A stretch of DNA of 64,000 nt from an uncultured Gemmatimonadales bacterium (GCA_963741945.1 CAVUKA010000005.1:128001-192000), one strand, 5' to 3'; positions 20,257 through 29,724 are shown, counted from the stretch's first letter. Numbers and translations are program-made. The notes: generated from the letters alone by a model not told the origin.

Positions 20257-20690
20257 CCGGACTCCCCCTCCGCTCCCCCCACGCCGCCCTCCAGCCGGTT
20301 CAGCGTGGCCTGGGCGTGAGCCACGTGACGCTGCGCTTCCTCATCGGCCGGCGGGGTGGCCAGGAAGCTGCGCAGGTGTTCCGCCGCCCGCTCCGCCCGC
20401 CCCTCAGCCAGGTGCAGGAACGCCAGCCCGTAGTGCGCCCCCGCAGCGCTCGGATCCCGCTCCAGCACCGTCCGATACGTCTTCGCCGCCTCGTCGGTCA
20501 TCCCGATGCGGGTGTAGGTGATGGCGATCTGCTGCATGACCGCCAGGTCCTTCGGACGGTTGCGCTGCGCCAGGCGGAAGGATGTGAGCGCCTCGTGGTA
20601 CCGCCCCGATCGGAGCAGTTCCGTTCCCTCGCGGTAGTAGTCCACCGCCTCTGGTTCCGTTGCGGTGAACAATCTCTTCAAGAAGTCCAT
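20253..20690 (-). CDS. Tetratricopeptide repeat protein
   Basis: GGAG RBS; DYYREG..YHEALTSF, AHYGLAFL TPR repeats. Confidence 0.8.
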   Translation of the reverse strand: MDFLKRLFTATEPEAVDYYREGTELLRSGRYHEALTSFRLAQRNRPKDLAVMQQIAITYTRIGMTDEAAKTYRTVLERDPSAAGAHYGLAFLHLAEGRAERAAEHLRSFLATPPADEEAQRHVAHAQATLNRLEGGVGGAEGESG

Positions 20691-20772
20691 GGACTCCAGG
20701 ATCGGGAGGGTGCTACAGCCTCGATGGGAACAATCGGCAAGATAGAAATGGCCCCGGGCCCACGCAATCCGG

Positions 20773-21486
20773 TCACCTGCCCGCCACCACGGTTTCCCCC
20801 TCTCGCGCCAGCGTCCGGAGTCCCGCCGCATCCACCCGCTCGCCCGCGTCCGCCGGCGCCGGCTCCACCAGGAGGCGACCCCCGGGCGACACCAGCCGCG
20901 CGCCTTCTTCCAGCCAGTCCGCCGCCCACCCCGTGAGCGCCACCGCCCGCACCCCCCGACTGCGCACGGGCAGCGCCGAAGAGACCCGGAGCGCGGACCA
21001 CGACCGCGGCTCCCGCTCGATGGCAGCCTCGCCGGCGGGAGTGTCGCCGGCCGCACCTTCGCCGGCCGCAGCTTCGCCGCCCGCAGCGCAGTCGAGGGAG
21101 GGCGGCGCTCCCGGGCGGGCGCCGACCACGGTCAGCACGTCGATGTCCGGGAGGAGCGCCGCGAGCGCCCCGGCGTGCGCGGCAGCCGGCCCGGCGAGGA
21201 TCACCGTGCCCCCACCTTCCCCCAGTCCGAGCAGCCCGCCCAGACGCACGGCGGCATCATCGCCGGCCGTCGGACGCGACTCCCGGACGCCGGTGTCTTT
21301 CGGCGCCTCGCCGGGGACCTCCAGCTCGGCGACGCCTCCCGTGATGGGGTAGCGCTCCCGACAGTTCGGACACCCCAGCACGCCCTCATCCACCCACCGG
21401 CCCATCGAGCGGGTGGGCATCAGCACGAGCCCCCACTCCGGGCCGCAGCGGGGGCAGGTCAGCAGGTCGCTCAAGGATGCCTTCAT
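20773..21486 (-). CDS. Trm112-like zinc-binding domain fused to a degenerate methyltransferase-like region
   Basis: LLTCPRCG...EGVLGCPNCRERYPITGGVAEL; C-terminal LPVRSRGV...EGARLVSPGGRLLV. Confidence 0.65.
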   Translation of the reverse strand: MKASLSDLLTCPRCGPEWGLVLMPTRSMGRWVDEGVLGCPNCRERYPITGGVAELEVPGEAPKDTGVRESRPTAGDDAAVRLGGLLGLGEGGGTVILAGPAAAHAGALAALLPDIDVLTVVGARPGAPPSLDCAAGGEAAAGEGAAGDTPAGEAAIEREPRSWSALRVSSALPVRSRGVRAVALTGWAADWLEEGARLVSPGGRLLVEPAPADAGERVDAAGLRTLAREGETVVAGR

Positions 21487-21535
21487 CTGGACGGGGCCTG
21501 GGTCATGGGACGGCGTCCGCGGCGCCGGGTCCGGC

Positions 21536-21922
21536 TCAGAAGAACAGCGTCTTCTCCGAGTACTGCGCCCATTGCGTGGGCGTTTCCCAGATCCGGATGT
21601 AGAGGAGAGCTTCACTCATCCTCCCGGGGAGCCGGCCTTTCAGCTCGTCGAAGAAGAAACGGGCCTGGTTTTCGGCCGATGGCTCGAGCTCGGTGAACGG
21701 CGGCAGGTCATTGATGTTCTCGTGGTCCATCCAGTCGGCGAGCTCCCGCAGGTGGCGCTTCACTTCCACGAAGTCGTACGCCAGCCCGCCCTCGTTCAGC
21801 GCTTCGGCCGTGAGCGCGGCCTCGACCACGTAATGGTGGCCGTGCAGCTTCTCGCACTTCCCCTTGTACTTCCGGAGGAAATGCGCCGAGTCATAGTGTG
21901 CCTGAACCGTGACTACGTACAT
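21536..21922 (-). CDS. queD: 6-carboxytetrahydropterin synthase / PTPS (COG0720), CExxHGH type
   Basis: SAHFL, CEKLHGHHY, PSAEN, WETP. Confidence 0.88.
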   Translation of the reverse strand: MYVVTVQAHYDSAHFLRKYKGKCEKLHGHHYVVEAALTAEALNEGGLAYDFVEVKRHLRELADWMDHENINDLPPFTELEPSAENQARFFFDELKGRLPGRMSEALLYIRIWETPTQWAQYSEKTLFF

Positions 21923-21925
21923 GGA

Positions 21926-22639
21926 TCAGCTCCGTTGCACCGAAACGACGGGGATCCGAACCTCCGTCGGTCGGGATAAGGCGTACAGCACCGCGTCGGC
22001 CACCGCCTCCGCGGACAACATCTGTTCGCGCGACGGCAGGTCCTCGCGCGCGTTCGGCTGGATTGCGTCCCAGATCGGCGTGTCCGTGGCCGCGGGCTCC
22101 ACCAGCGTGGCCCGCACCCCCGTCCCCCTCAGCTCCTCGTCCAGCACGGCGTGCAGGCCGCGCACCCCGAACTTCGACGCCGAGTAGGCGCCGTTCCCCG
22201 GGAACGCCGAGCGCCCGGCCACCGAGCCCACGGTCACGATCTGTCCCTGACCCCGGGCGAGCATGGCGGGGAGGAACGCGCGAATGCAGAGGAACGGAGC
22301 CCTGAGATTGCCATCGAGCATCCGGTCCAGCATCGCGGGGTCGGTCTCCGCGACGGGCGCCAGGTCGAACGCACCCGCCGCGTTGACGAGCGCGTCCAGC
22401 GAGCCGGCAGCCTCCACGCGCTCACGAAGAGCCGCCACCGCGGAAGCGTCCGCGACATCGGCCGGCAGCGCCTCCGCGCCCAGCTCCTGCGCCAGCGCCC
22501 CGAGCCGGTCCGCGGTCCGCGCCGTGAGAAGCAGGCGCGCGCCCGAGCTGGCCAGTCCCCGGGCCACGGCGAGCCCGATGCCGCCCGTGGCTCCCGTCAC
22601 CAGGACACGACGGTCCCGGAGCTCAGGCCACGATGCCAT
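21926..22639 (-). CDS. SDR family oxidoreductase (candidate pterin/sepiapterin-reductase-like)
   Basis: [17 protein letters not shown]; lies between folE and queD. Confidence 0.85.
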   Translation of the reverse strand: MASWPELRDRRVLVTGATGGIGLAVARGLASSGARLLLTARTADRLGALAQELGAEALPADVADASAVAALRERVEAAGSLDALVNAAGAFDLAPVAETDPAMLDRMLDGNLRAPFLCIRAFLPAMLARGQGQIVTVGSVAGRSAFPGNGAYSASKFGVRGLHAVLDEELRGTGVRATLVEPAATDTPIWDAIQPNAREDLPSREQMLSAEAVADAVLYALSRPTEVRIPVVSVQRS

Positions 22640-23243
22640 TGATCGCGCTCAGACGCAGGAACTCCTCGCGCGTCCGGAGATCCTCCAGGAACACGCCCTT
22701 CATGGCGCTGGTGATGGTCTTCGAGTTCTGCTTCTCCACGCCGCGCATCATCATGCACAGGTGGTACGCCTCGCAGACCACGGCCACGCCCTCCGGCTCC
22801 AGCACGCGCTGGATCGCCTCGGCGATCTGCTCCGTCAGCCGCTCCTGCACCTGGAGCCGGCGCGCGAAGACATCCACCACCCGCGGGACCTTCGACAGAC
22901 CCACGATCCGCCCGTTCGGGATGTAGGCGACGTGCACCTTCCCGAAGAACGGGAGCATGTGGTGCTCGCACATCGAGTACATCTCGATGTCCTTCACCAC
23001 CACCATGTTGTGGTGGTCCTCGTCGAACATGGCGTCCCCGATCACTTCCTCCACCGACTGGCCATAGCCCCGCGTCAGCCACGTCAGGCTGTCCGCCACG
23101 CGCGTCGGCGTCTTCAGCAGCCCCTGGCGATCCGGGTCCTCACCCAGCCGCACGAGCAGCTCCCGCACCAGCTCCGGCAGCTCCACCGAAGCGAGCGGTC
23201 GGGCCGTCTCCACGGCCGCTCCCGTCTCCCCGTTCGCTGTCAT
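22623..23243 (-). CDS. folE: GTP cyclohydrolase I
   Basis: [47 protein letters not shown]. Confidence 0.97.
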   Translation of the reverse strand: MTANGETGAAVETARPLASVELPELVRELLVRLGEDPDRQGLLKTPTRVADSLTWLTRGYGQSVEEVIGDAMFDEDHHNMVVVKDIEMYSMCEHHMLPFFGKVHVAYIPNGRIVGLSKVPRVVDVFARRLQVQERLTEQIAEAIQRVLEPEGVAVVCEAYHLCMMMRGVEKQNSKTITSAMKGVFLEDLRTREEFLRLSAINGIVA

Positions 23244-23659
23244 CGGTCCCCGCTGTACTCGACATAGTTCCGCGGCGTCTCCCACAGCCCCAGCCGTAGC
23301 AGCCGGACCCCATCCGGCATGGCCGGCTCCAGCCGCCGCCAGATCGCGACCACCAGGTTCTCCGTTGTGGGATTCAACCCTTCCATCCACCCCACATCCA
23401 GGTTCAGGTTCCGGTGGTCGACATCCCCGATCACCCGCTCCTCGACCAGCGATTTCAATGCCTTCAGGTCGAGCACGAACCCCGTCTCCGGGGAAATCTC
23501 CCCCTCGACCGTGACATCCAGCTCGTAATTGTGACCGTGCCAGTTCGGATTCGAGCAGTCCCCGAACACTTCCCGGTTCTTCTCGGCGCTCCACTCCGCT
23601 CGACCAAGCCTGTGCGCCGCCGCGAAGTGAAGCCGCCGCGTCACCGCCACGTTCGCCAT
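23240..23659 (-). CDS. 6-pyruvoyl-tetrahydropterin synthase (COG0720), Cx5HGH type
   Basis: FAAAHRL...[31 protein letters not shown]. Confidence 0.9.
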   Translation of the reverse strand: MANVAVTRRLHFAAAHRLGRAEWSAEKNREVFGDCSNPNWHGHNYELDVTVEGEISPETGFVLDLKALKSLVEERVIGDVDHRNLNLDVGWMEGLNPTTENLVVAIWRRLEPAMPDGVRLLRLGLWETPRNYVEYSGDR

Positions 23660-23760
23660 GCCAACCCCCCCTCTCGAGGATCCGGGCCACCGCCACAACG
23701 GTCCACGCCGCCGCCCCGCCCACCGTCCGTCAACTTCCGCGATGGCGCACGCGCATATCG

Positions 23761-23796
23761 AAAGGGCCGGCCCGTGACGATCCACAGGCCGGCCCG
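23761..23796 (-). terminator. Intrinsic-terminator-like hairpin after the 6S RNA candidate
   Basis: Minus strand GGGCCGGCCTGTG-gatcgt-CACGGGCCGGCCC-TTT. Confidence 0.55.
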
Positions 23797-23953
23797 ATCG
23801 GCGCACCGAAGGGTGAATTTGAAGCCCAGTTTTCAATAACTGGTGACCTCCCCGCGCCTTCCGCCTTCCCTCGCGGGCCTGGCGTCCGGCGCAGAAGCGG
23901 GTCCCTGCTTCTTCAGTGTCGGCTCAAATTAGGAGCCCCCCAGCACGCCGCAT
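23797..23953 (-). ncRNA. ssrS: Probable 6S RNA
   Basis: Closing stem CGGCGTGCTGGGGGG/CCCTTCGGTGCGCCG, inner stem TTTGAGCC/GGCTTCAAA, TGAGCCGACACT entering an A-rich central bubble, 3'-bubble hairpin CCAGTT-ATTGAA-AACTGG; own promoter and terminator; no credible ORF. Confidence 0.7.
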
Positions 23954-23957
23954 GTCC

Positions 23958-23986
23958 AATCTCTACCCAACCCCGTGTCGCGTCAA
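23958..23986 (-). promoter_or_regulatory. Sigma70-type promoter for the 6S RNA candidate
   Basis: TTGACG-17 nt-GAGATT. Confidence 0.5.
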
Positions 23987-24040
23987 CAGCCGGCCGCCCC
24001 CGGACCGTGGCCACCCACCGGCGGTCGGCCGCGACCGCTG

Positions 24041-24095
24041 GCGGACAACGACGAAACGGCCGCTGCAAATGAGCAGCGACCGTTCGTCTGTCCGC
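24041..24095. terminator. Long hairpin (terminator-like)
   Basis: GCGGACA-acGACGAAACGGCCGCTGC-aaatga-GCAGCGACCGTTCGTC-TGTCCGC. Confidence 0.55.
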
Positions 24096-24278
24096 GGCGC
24101 TCTCCCCGGTTATCCCGCCGCCGCGGTCACCCTTGTTGTGCCACCCGTTGAGGCAGGAACGGGTCCTCGCCGCTCAATGCTGGCGCAAGTCCAATCGCCG
24201 CAAACGCTTAGGAGGATGGGTCCCGCACGTTGATACGCCCGCAGTCGGCTACTCTTTGCCGCCATCCTTCACTTTGGT

Positions 24279-25179
24279 TCAACCGCGGTAGCTCCGGAGC
24301 CGCGCCAGGTTGGCGCGGTCGGCCACCAGCGCATCGTCGCCCTTGGGTGTTTCGATCACCTTGGGGACACCGCGCAGCGCCGGATGGCGGACGATGGCGG
24401 CGAACACGTCCTCACCGATGGTCCCCTGCCCGATGTCCGCGTGGCGGTCCCGCTGGGCCGCGAAGGGCGCCAGGGAGTCGTTGAGGTGGAGGAAGCGGAG
24501 GTAGCGGAGTCCGACGGTGCGGTCGAAGCGTTCCAGGACGTCGTCGAGGGCGCGCAGATCGTATCCGGCGGCCCAGAGGTGACAGGTGTCGAGACAGAAT
24601 GGCGATCCGATGCGGGTGTCGGTCGGCCACGTCGCCCAGCATCCGGGCCAGCTCCTCGAACGTCGAACCCAGGGCGGTCCCGGTGCCGGCGGTCCCCTCG
24701 AGGAGGACGCGGACGTCGCCGGGGGTCGCGTCGAGGGCATCGGCAATGGCGCTGGCGTTCTGACGCAAGCCGCGGCCGGCATCGCCGTCGGTGGCATTGC
24801 CGGGATGGGTGACCACGAACTCGAGGCCGAGTGTCTCACTGCGCCGGAGCTCGGCGGTGAACGAGGCGCGGGACCGTTCAAGGAGCGCGGGATCGGGGGT
24901 GGCCAGGTTGATGAGGTAGGAATCGTGCGACGCGGCCACGCGGACGCCATGGGCTGTGCGTGCCGCCCGGAAAGCTTCGGCCTGCCGGGTCGAGAGCTCC
25001 CGTTCGGCCCAGCGGTTCGGCTGCTTGGTGAAGAGCTGCAGGACCACGGAGTCCAGCTCTGCGGCCCGCGCGGGTGCATTCTCGACGCCGCCGGCCGTGG
25101 AGACGTGGGCGCCCATCTCGTCGGCGCCCGGACCTGGTCCGGGAAAGGCATGGGGCCGGTCCGCAATTTGCTCGGGCAT
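24279..25179 (-). pseudogene. nfo: Endonuclease IV (deoxyribonuclease IV), split by a +1 frameshift at about 24598
   Basis: GAHVSTAGG, HDSYLINLA, HPG, LLEGTAG in one frame; CLDTCH, HLNDS, DRHADIG, ETP in another; may be a sequencing error. Confidence 0.85.
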
Positions 25180-25214
25180 CCCGGTGAAGGTGTGCCCTCA
25201 GGAGCAACTGTCAA

Positions 25215-25751
25215 ATGGTGCTGGGTCTTTATCTCTCGCTGGCAATCGTGCTGCCGCTGGCCGTCGGGGCGACAGTGCGCCTCCGATCCCTCCCCCGCAC
25301 GCGCCAGTGTCCGGGGTGCGGACGGGAGACGCTTCGGCTGCGCTCGCGGCTGCACGCGGCCGTGAGCTTCCTGTCCCGCCGCCATGATCTGCATCATCGG
25401 TGGTGCCCGGCCTGCACCTGGAAGGGGACGGTCCGACTGGCGAACAGCGCGTCCGTTCCGTTCGGCGACTCCCCCGATGCTTCGGTGATGGCGCCGCCGG
25501 CGGGTGTGGGCGAGAGCGTGGAGGTTCGGCACGTCGACGTCGCCGGCCACAGGTGGCGGGTCATGGTGCAATGCTGGCAGACCCGGAACGGCTGGGTCGG
25601 CCGGCTGCTCTTCGTCGGCCCGGACGGTCACGCCTGGATGGAGGCGGACTGGTCGATCAAGGGGCGCTCCGTTCCCGAAGTGCTGGCCCACGCGCTGACG
25701 ATCCCCGAACATTCGCTCAGCGGGCGCCTCCGGCGCGCGCTGCAGCACTGA
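25215..25751 (+). CDS. Hypothetical membrane-anchored zinc-ribbon protein
   Basis: GGAG RBS, N-terminal TM, CPGC...CPAC. Confidence 0.6.
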   Translation: MVLGLYLSLAIVLPLAVGATVRLRSLPRTRQCPGCGRETLRLRSRLHAAVSFLSRRHDLHHRWCPACTWKGTVRLANSASVPFGDSPDASVMAPPAGVGESVEVRHVDVAGHRWRVMVQCWQTRNGWVGRLLFVGPDGHAWMEADWSIKGRSVPEVLAHALTIPEHSLSGRLRRALQH

Positions 25752-26624
25752 ATGGCCCGGCTGTACGGTCCGGAGCCGGGCGAGCCGCCTCCTCTCATCG
25801 CCACGGAGGACCTCGCCGGTCTGTCGGTGGATGACGTGGACGGGCGCCCGGTGGGCGGGCTGGTGGGCGCTCTCTCCGAGAAGCGGACCGGGCTGATCCG
25901 GTACCTCGATCTCGCCCTCGCCGACCGGCCCAAGCACGTGCTGGTTCCCATCGGCCACGCGCGCTTCGAGCGCCAGCGTGTGCCGCCCCGCGTGAGGCTC
26001 CGCGCCGCCACACACGAGGATCTCCACGCGGTTCCCGCGTACGACGGCAGCCCTGCCGGCCTGGACGCCGGCTATCAGGAGAGTGTCCTCCAGGCCACCG
26101 GTCGGCTCTTCTACGGCAGCCGCTACTACGCTCACCCCGCGTTCGATCACGCGGCGATCTACCCGGGCGACCACGCCGTCGAAGGGCCGGAGCCCGGGGC
26201 TGGCGAGCCGGAGACCCCATCGGTCCGGCCACTTTCCGACCTCCCCGACTTCCGCGTGGCGAAAGGGCAGCCGGACATCCGCGGACTCCCGCTCAAGGAT
26301 GCTCGTGGGGAGACGGTGGGTGAAATCACGGAGCTGCTCGTGGACCCGCGCGCGCGGAAAACGCGCTACGCGGTGATCCGGCTGGCGGACCTGCCACGCG
26401 AGGCTGCCCTGCCCATAGGATACCTGGATGCCGGCGGCGACCCTCCCGACGACCTCGTGACCCCGGCGCTGCGGCGGGAGGACATCCGCCTCCTCCCCGC
26501 GTACGAACCGCCCATGGATCGCCAGCAGGAGAACCGGATCCACGCAACGTTGGAGGGGCGCCTGAGCGGCAGTCGCTATTTCCAGCGACCGGACTTCCGT
26601 GGTACGGACGCGACGCTTCCCTGA
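25752..26624 (+). CDS. Tandem PRC-barrel domain protein
   Basis: Two PRC barrels: GLSVDDVDGRPVG...IRYLDL...VLVPIG and PDIRGLPLKDARGETVGEITELLVD...RYAV...LPIG. Confidence 0.85.
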   Translation: MARLYGPEPGEPPPLIATEDLAGLSVDDVDGRPVGGLVGALSEKRTGLIRYLDLALADRPKHVLVPIGHARFERQRVPPRVRLRAATHEDLHAVPAYDGSPAGLDAGYQESVLQATGRLFYGSRYYAHPAFDHAAIYPGDHAVEGPEPGAGEPETPSVRPLSDLPDFRVAKGQPDIRGLPLKDARGETVGEITELLVDPRARKTRYAVIRLADLPREAALPIGYLDAGGDPPDDLVTPALRREDIRLLPAYEPPMDRQQENRIHATLEGRLSGSRYFQRPDFRGTDATLP

Positions 26625-26666
26625 CCGCCCGGCCGCTGACTGGCACCGCTGGTTCCGCTGGCGGTG

Positions 26667-27374
26667 TCAGAAGAGCCGATCGGCGAAGCCGGCCGCCGTT
26701 TCCCAGGCATCGAACCGCTCGGCCGCCTCGGCGCCGTGAGGCCCGCCGGCGGTCCGCAGCCTGTCGCGAAGCCACTCCGCTGGCGGCCAGCCCACCCGCT
26801 CCCGATAGAACGCCGCCAGCTCTTCGATCCGTACCACCTGGGCACTCACGTCCACCACGGCCTCCGGGAGCGTGGAATGCTGCCCCCGCAGCGTGAAGAC
26901 CGGGACAGGCTCCCGGTGCGGATTCGGCCCCACCACCCGTCCCAGCCGGGCAAGCGTTATGGCGTCCCGCACGATCTTCCCCGTGGCCTGATGGTCGGGA
27001 TGGCGCATGCCCCGCGCCCACGCGTCGCCCCACGTGATCACCGCGCCCGGCCGCACTTCGGCGATCACCCTGGCCACTTCCCTCGCCGCATCGGGGGTGG
27101 GCTCGATGCGCGTGTCAGGGAAATCCAGGAACCAGGGCTCCGCGCCCAGGATCGCCGCCGCCTGCTCCCCCTGTCGCGTTCGCCGCTCCGCCACCGCTTC
27201 CGGTGCCAGGTCCCCGTAGATCTCCGTCATCTCCCCGCGCGTGAGCCAGAGGAGCACGACCCGGTCTCCGGCGGCCGCGTGGCAGGCCATGGTGCCCGCG
27301 CACCCCATCTCGTCATCGGGGTGCGACAGGGCGACGAGCAGCGTCCTCAACGATCCCTCCAGTTGACGTTCCAT
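26667..27374 (-). CDS. PIG-L/LmbE family deacetylase
   Basis: SHPDDE, LTRGE, LDFPD, HPDH. Confidence 0.9.
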   Translation of the reverse strand: MERQLEGSLRTLLVALSHPDDEMGCAGTMACHAAAGDRVVLLWLTRGEMTEIYGDLAPEAVAERRTRQGEQAAAILGAEPWFLDFPDTRIEPTPDAAREVARVIAEVRPGAVITWGDAWARGMRHPDHQATGKIVRDAITLARLGRVVGPNPHREPVPVFTLRGQHSTLPEAVVDVSAQVVRIEELAAFYRERVGWPPAEWLRDRLRTAGGPHGAEAAERFDAWETAAGFADRLF

Positions 27375-27400
27375 TCCATCTCCGTCATCATCGCGGCGCC

Positions 27401-27796
27401 ATGAAGCTCTTGCTCTCGCTGGCCTGCGAGGACGCCCGCGCGCGTCCCGACGGCCGTCTCGATTTCGTCGGCGTCTTCGATCGCCTCCAGGCCCCGGGCT
27501 TTCCCGCGGCCCAGGATCGCATGACGGTGGTCTTCGTCATGGAATGGTCCCCAACGGAGCGGGGGCGGCAGGAGTTCCAGGCCGACCTCCTGGACGACGA
27601 GGACCGCAAGGTCCTCACCATCAACGGGCATACGGATGTCGACCCGGCATCCGACGAGCCGGATCGCCCGCGCACCCGGCTGCTGATGCCACTGGAGAAG
27701 GTGGTCTTCCCACACGCGGGCGCGTATCGCTTCGTGCTGCGGGCAGGGGCGGAGACGCTGGAAGCGTTCTCGCTCAACGTCTCCGAGACCGGATAG
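27401..27796 (+). CDS. Conserved hypothetical protein (DUF6941-like)
   Basis: LACEDA...DGRLDFVGVFDRL..PGFP...FPHAGAYRF. Confidence 0.7.
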   Translation: MKLLLSLACEDARARPDGRLDFVGVFDRLQAPGFPAAQDRMTVVFVMEWSPTERGRQEFQADLLDDEDRKVLTINGHTDVDPASDEPDRPRTRLLMPLEKVVFPHAGAYRFVLRAGAETLEAFSLNVSETG

Positions 27797-27880
27797 CCGG
27801 CGCGGACCCCGGCCGCGACACGCGGGTAGTATCCGCCCGAAGCCACGAACCACCACCGTCCAGGCAGCGCCGGAGGGCCA

Positions 27881-28264
27881 GTGCAGGATTCCCAGTCGAC
27901 GTCGAGTGATACCATCCGCGTTCTCGCGGCGCTGTCCGACGAGAAGCGCTTTCGTATCGTCGAGCTGCTCGCGGGCGAGGATGCGGAAATGACGTGCGGC
28001 GCCATCGGCAGTGCCCTGGACCTCTCCCCGTCCCTGCTGTCGCACCACCTGGCCATCCTGGCCGAGGCGGGGATCATCGGCCGCCGCAAGAACGGGCTGT
28101 GGACCATGAACGTGCTTCAGCGGCCCGTGATCGCCCGCGAGGTGGAAAACCTGAAGTCGCTGCTGTCCACCAACGGCGACGGTGGCGGCATTGCCCGCGA
28201 CGCGGACGCCACGCCGGTGGCGCCGCCGCCACCCGAGGACGAGGGCGCTGTCGCCGGCTCATGA
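27881..28264 (+). CDS. ArsR/SmtB family transcriptional regulator
   Basis: ALSDEKRFRIVELL, LSPSLLSHHLAILAEAGII. Confidence 0.88.
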   Translation: MQDSQSTSSDTIRVLAALSDEKRFRIVELLAGEDAEMTCGAIGSALDLSPSLLSHHLAILAEAGIIGRRKNGLWTMNVLQRPVIAREVENLKSLLSTNGDGGGIARDADATPVAPPPPEDEGAVAGS

Positions 28265-29644
28265 GCCGGGGATTCCCGGCTCCGTCATGGACCGGGGATC
28301 CAGCACTTTCTCGAGCTCTTCTTCCGACAGCACTTCCCTTTCCCGCGCCAGATCGCGTACCGTCCGGTTCTCGCTGAAGGCTTCCTTCGCCAGGGACGCC
28401 GCGGCGTCGTAGCCAATGTGGGGGGCGAGCGCCGTGCCCAGGGACAGGTTCCCTTCGAGCAGCGCCCGGATCCGCTCGCGGTTGGCCACGATCCCATCCA
28501 CGCACCGCTCCGCCAGGACCTTCGACGCGTTTCCCAGGATCGTGATGGACTGCAGCAGCGCGTAGGCCATGACCGGCATCATCAGGTTCAGCTCGAAGTA
28601 GCCGCCGATCCCGCCCACGGTGATCGTGGTGTTGTTTCCCATGACCTGCGCGGCCACCATGGTGACGGCTTCAGGAATCACCGGGTTCACTTTGCCGGGC
28701 ATGATGCTCGACCCCGGCTGCGTGGTGGGGAGCGTGATCTCCGCCAGCCCCGCCCTGGGGCCGCTGCCGAGCCAGCGGATGTCGTTCGCGATCTTCATCA
28801 GCGATACGGCCAGCGTGTTCAGCGCGCCGTGCAGGTACACCACGGTGTCGCGCGTGCTCTGGCGCTCGAAGTGGTTTTCCGCTTCCCGGAAGTCCTCCCC
28901 CGTGGCTTCGGCGATGCGGGCAATGGTGCGGCGCGCGAACTCCGGATGCGTGTTGATCCCCGTCCCAACGGCCGTGCCCCCGAGGGGCAGCTCGCGCATG
29001 TCCTCGAGCGTCGCCCGGACTCGGCGGATCCCGTGCTCCACCTGGCTGGCGTAGCCGCCGAATTCCTGGCCCAGCCGCACCGGGGTGGCGTCCATCAGGT
29101 GCGTGCGACCCGACTTCACGATGCCATCGAACTCCTGTGCTTTCCGCTCCAGTGACTCCCGCAGCCGATCGAGCGCTGGCAGCAGTGCGCGCACCGACAG
29201 CAGCGTGGCCGAGACCTGCATGGCCGTGGGGATCACGTCGTTCGACGACTGCGCGTTGTTCACGTGATCGTTGGGGTGCACCTTCGAGCCCAGATGCCGG
29301 CTGGCCACGGTCGCGATCACTTCGTTCGCGTTCATGTTCGTGGACGTGCCGCTACCGGTCTGGAAGATGTCGATGGGGAACTGGCTGTCGTGCTCGCCGG
29401 CGATCACCTCCTCGGCCGCTTCCACGATGGCGTCGGCCAGCGGCTCGTTCAGCAGCCCCAGCTCCGCGTTCGTCTGCGCCGCCGCCCGTTTGATCATGCC
29501 GAGCGCGGCAATGAACTCGCGCGGGAAGCGCAGGTCGCTGATGGGGAAATTCTCCACTGCGCGCTGCGTCTGGGCGGCGTAGAGGGCATCGGCGGGAACC
29601 TTCATCTCGCCGAGCGAGTCCTTCTCGATCCGGTAGTCGGTCAT
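28259..29644 (-). CDS. fumC: Fumarate hydratase class II
   Basis: RIEKDSLGE, FQTGSGTSTNMNANEV, GRTHLMDA, GSSIMPGKVNP. Confidence 0.95.
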   Translation of the reverse strand: MTDYRIEKDSLGEMKVPADALYAAQTQRAVENFPISDLRFPREFIAALGMIKRAAAQTNAELGLLNEPLADAIVEAAEEVIAGEHDSQFPIDIFQTGSGTSTNMNANEVIATVASRHLGSKVHPNDHVNNAQSSNDVIPTAMQVSATLLSVRALLPALDRLRESLERKAQEFDGIVKSGRTHLMDATPVRLGQEFGGYASQVEHGIRRVRATLEDMRELPLGGTAVGTGINTHPEFARRTIARIAEATGEDFREAENHFERQSTRDTVVYLHGALNTLAVSLMKIANDIRWLGSGPRAGLAEITLPTTQPGSSIMPGKVNPVIPEAVTMVAAQVMGNNTTITVGGIGGYFELNLMMPVMAYALLQSITILGNASKVLAERCVDGIVANRERIRALLEGNLSLGTALAPHIGYDAAASLAKEAFSENRTVRDLAREREVLSEEELEKVLDPRSMTEPGIPGS

Positions 29645-29724
29645 GGCGCGGTCGGGGCAACGGGAACGGGATGACGGAACGACGATACGTCCGTTGGTCG
29701 GTCCGGCGGTAGTGCAGCCATCCG

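Noticed and set aside
24110-24265. 51-aa minus-strand ORF (MAAKSSRLRAY...)
   Set aside because: Atypical codon usage and poorly spaced RBS; the region is better explained by RNA structure, though not excluded.
23660-24278. preQ1, THF or ZTP riboswitch, tmRNA, SRP RNA or hammerhead ribozyme upstream of folE/queD
   Set aside because: Could not find their conserved core sequences by eye; a covariance-model search is needed to exclude them formally.
25752-26624. Photosynthetic reaction-centre H subunit (puhA)
   Set aside because: PRC barrels resemble PuhA but there is no N-terminal TM helix, the barrel is duplicated and no bch/puf genes are nearby.
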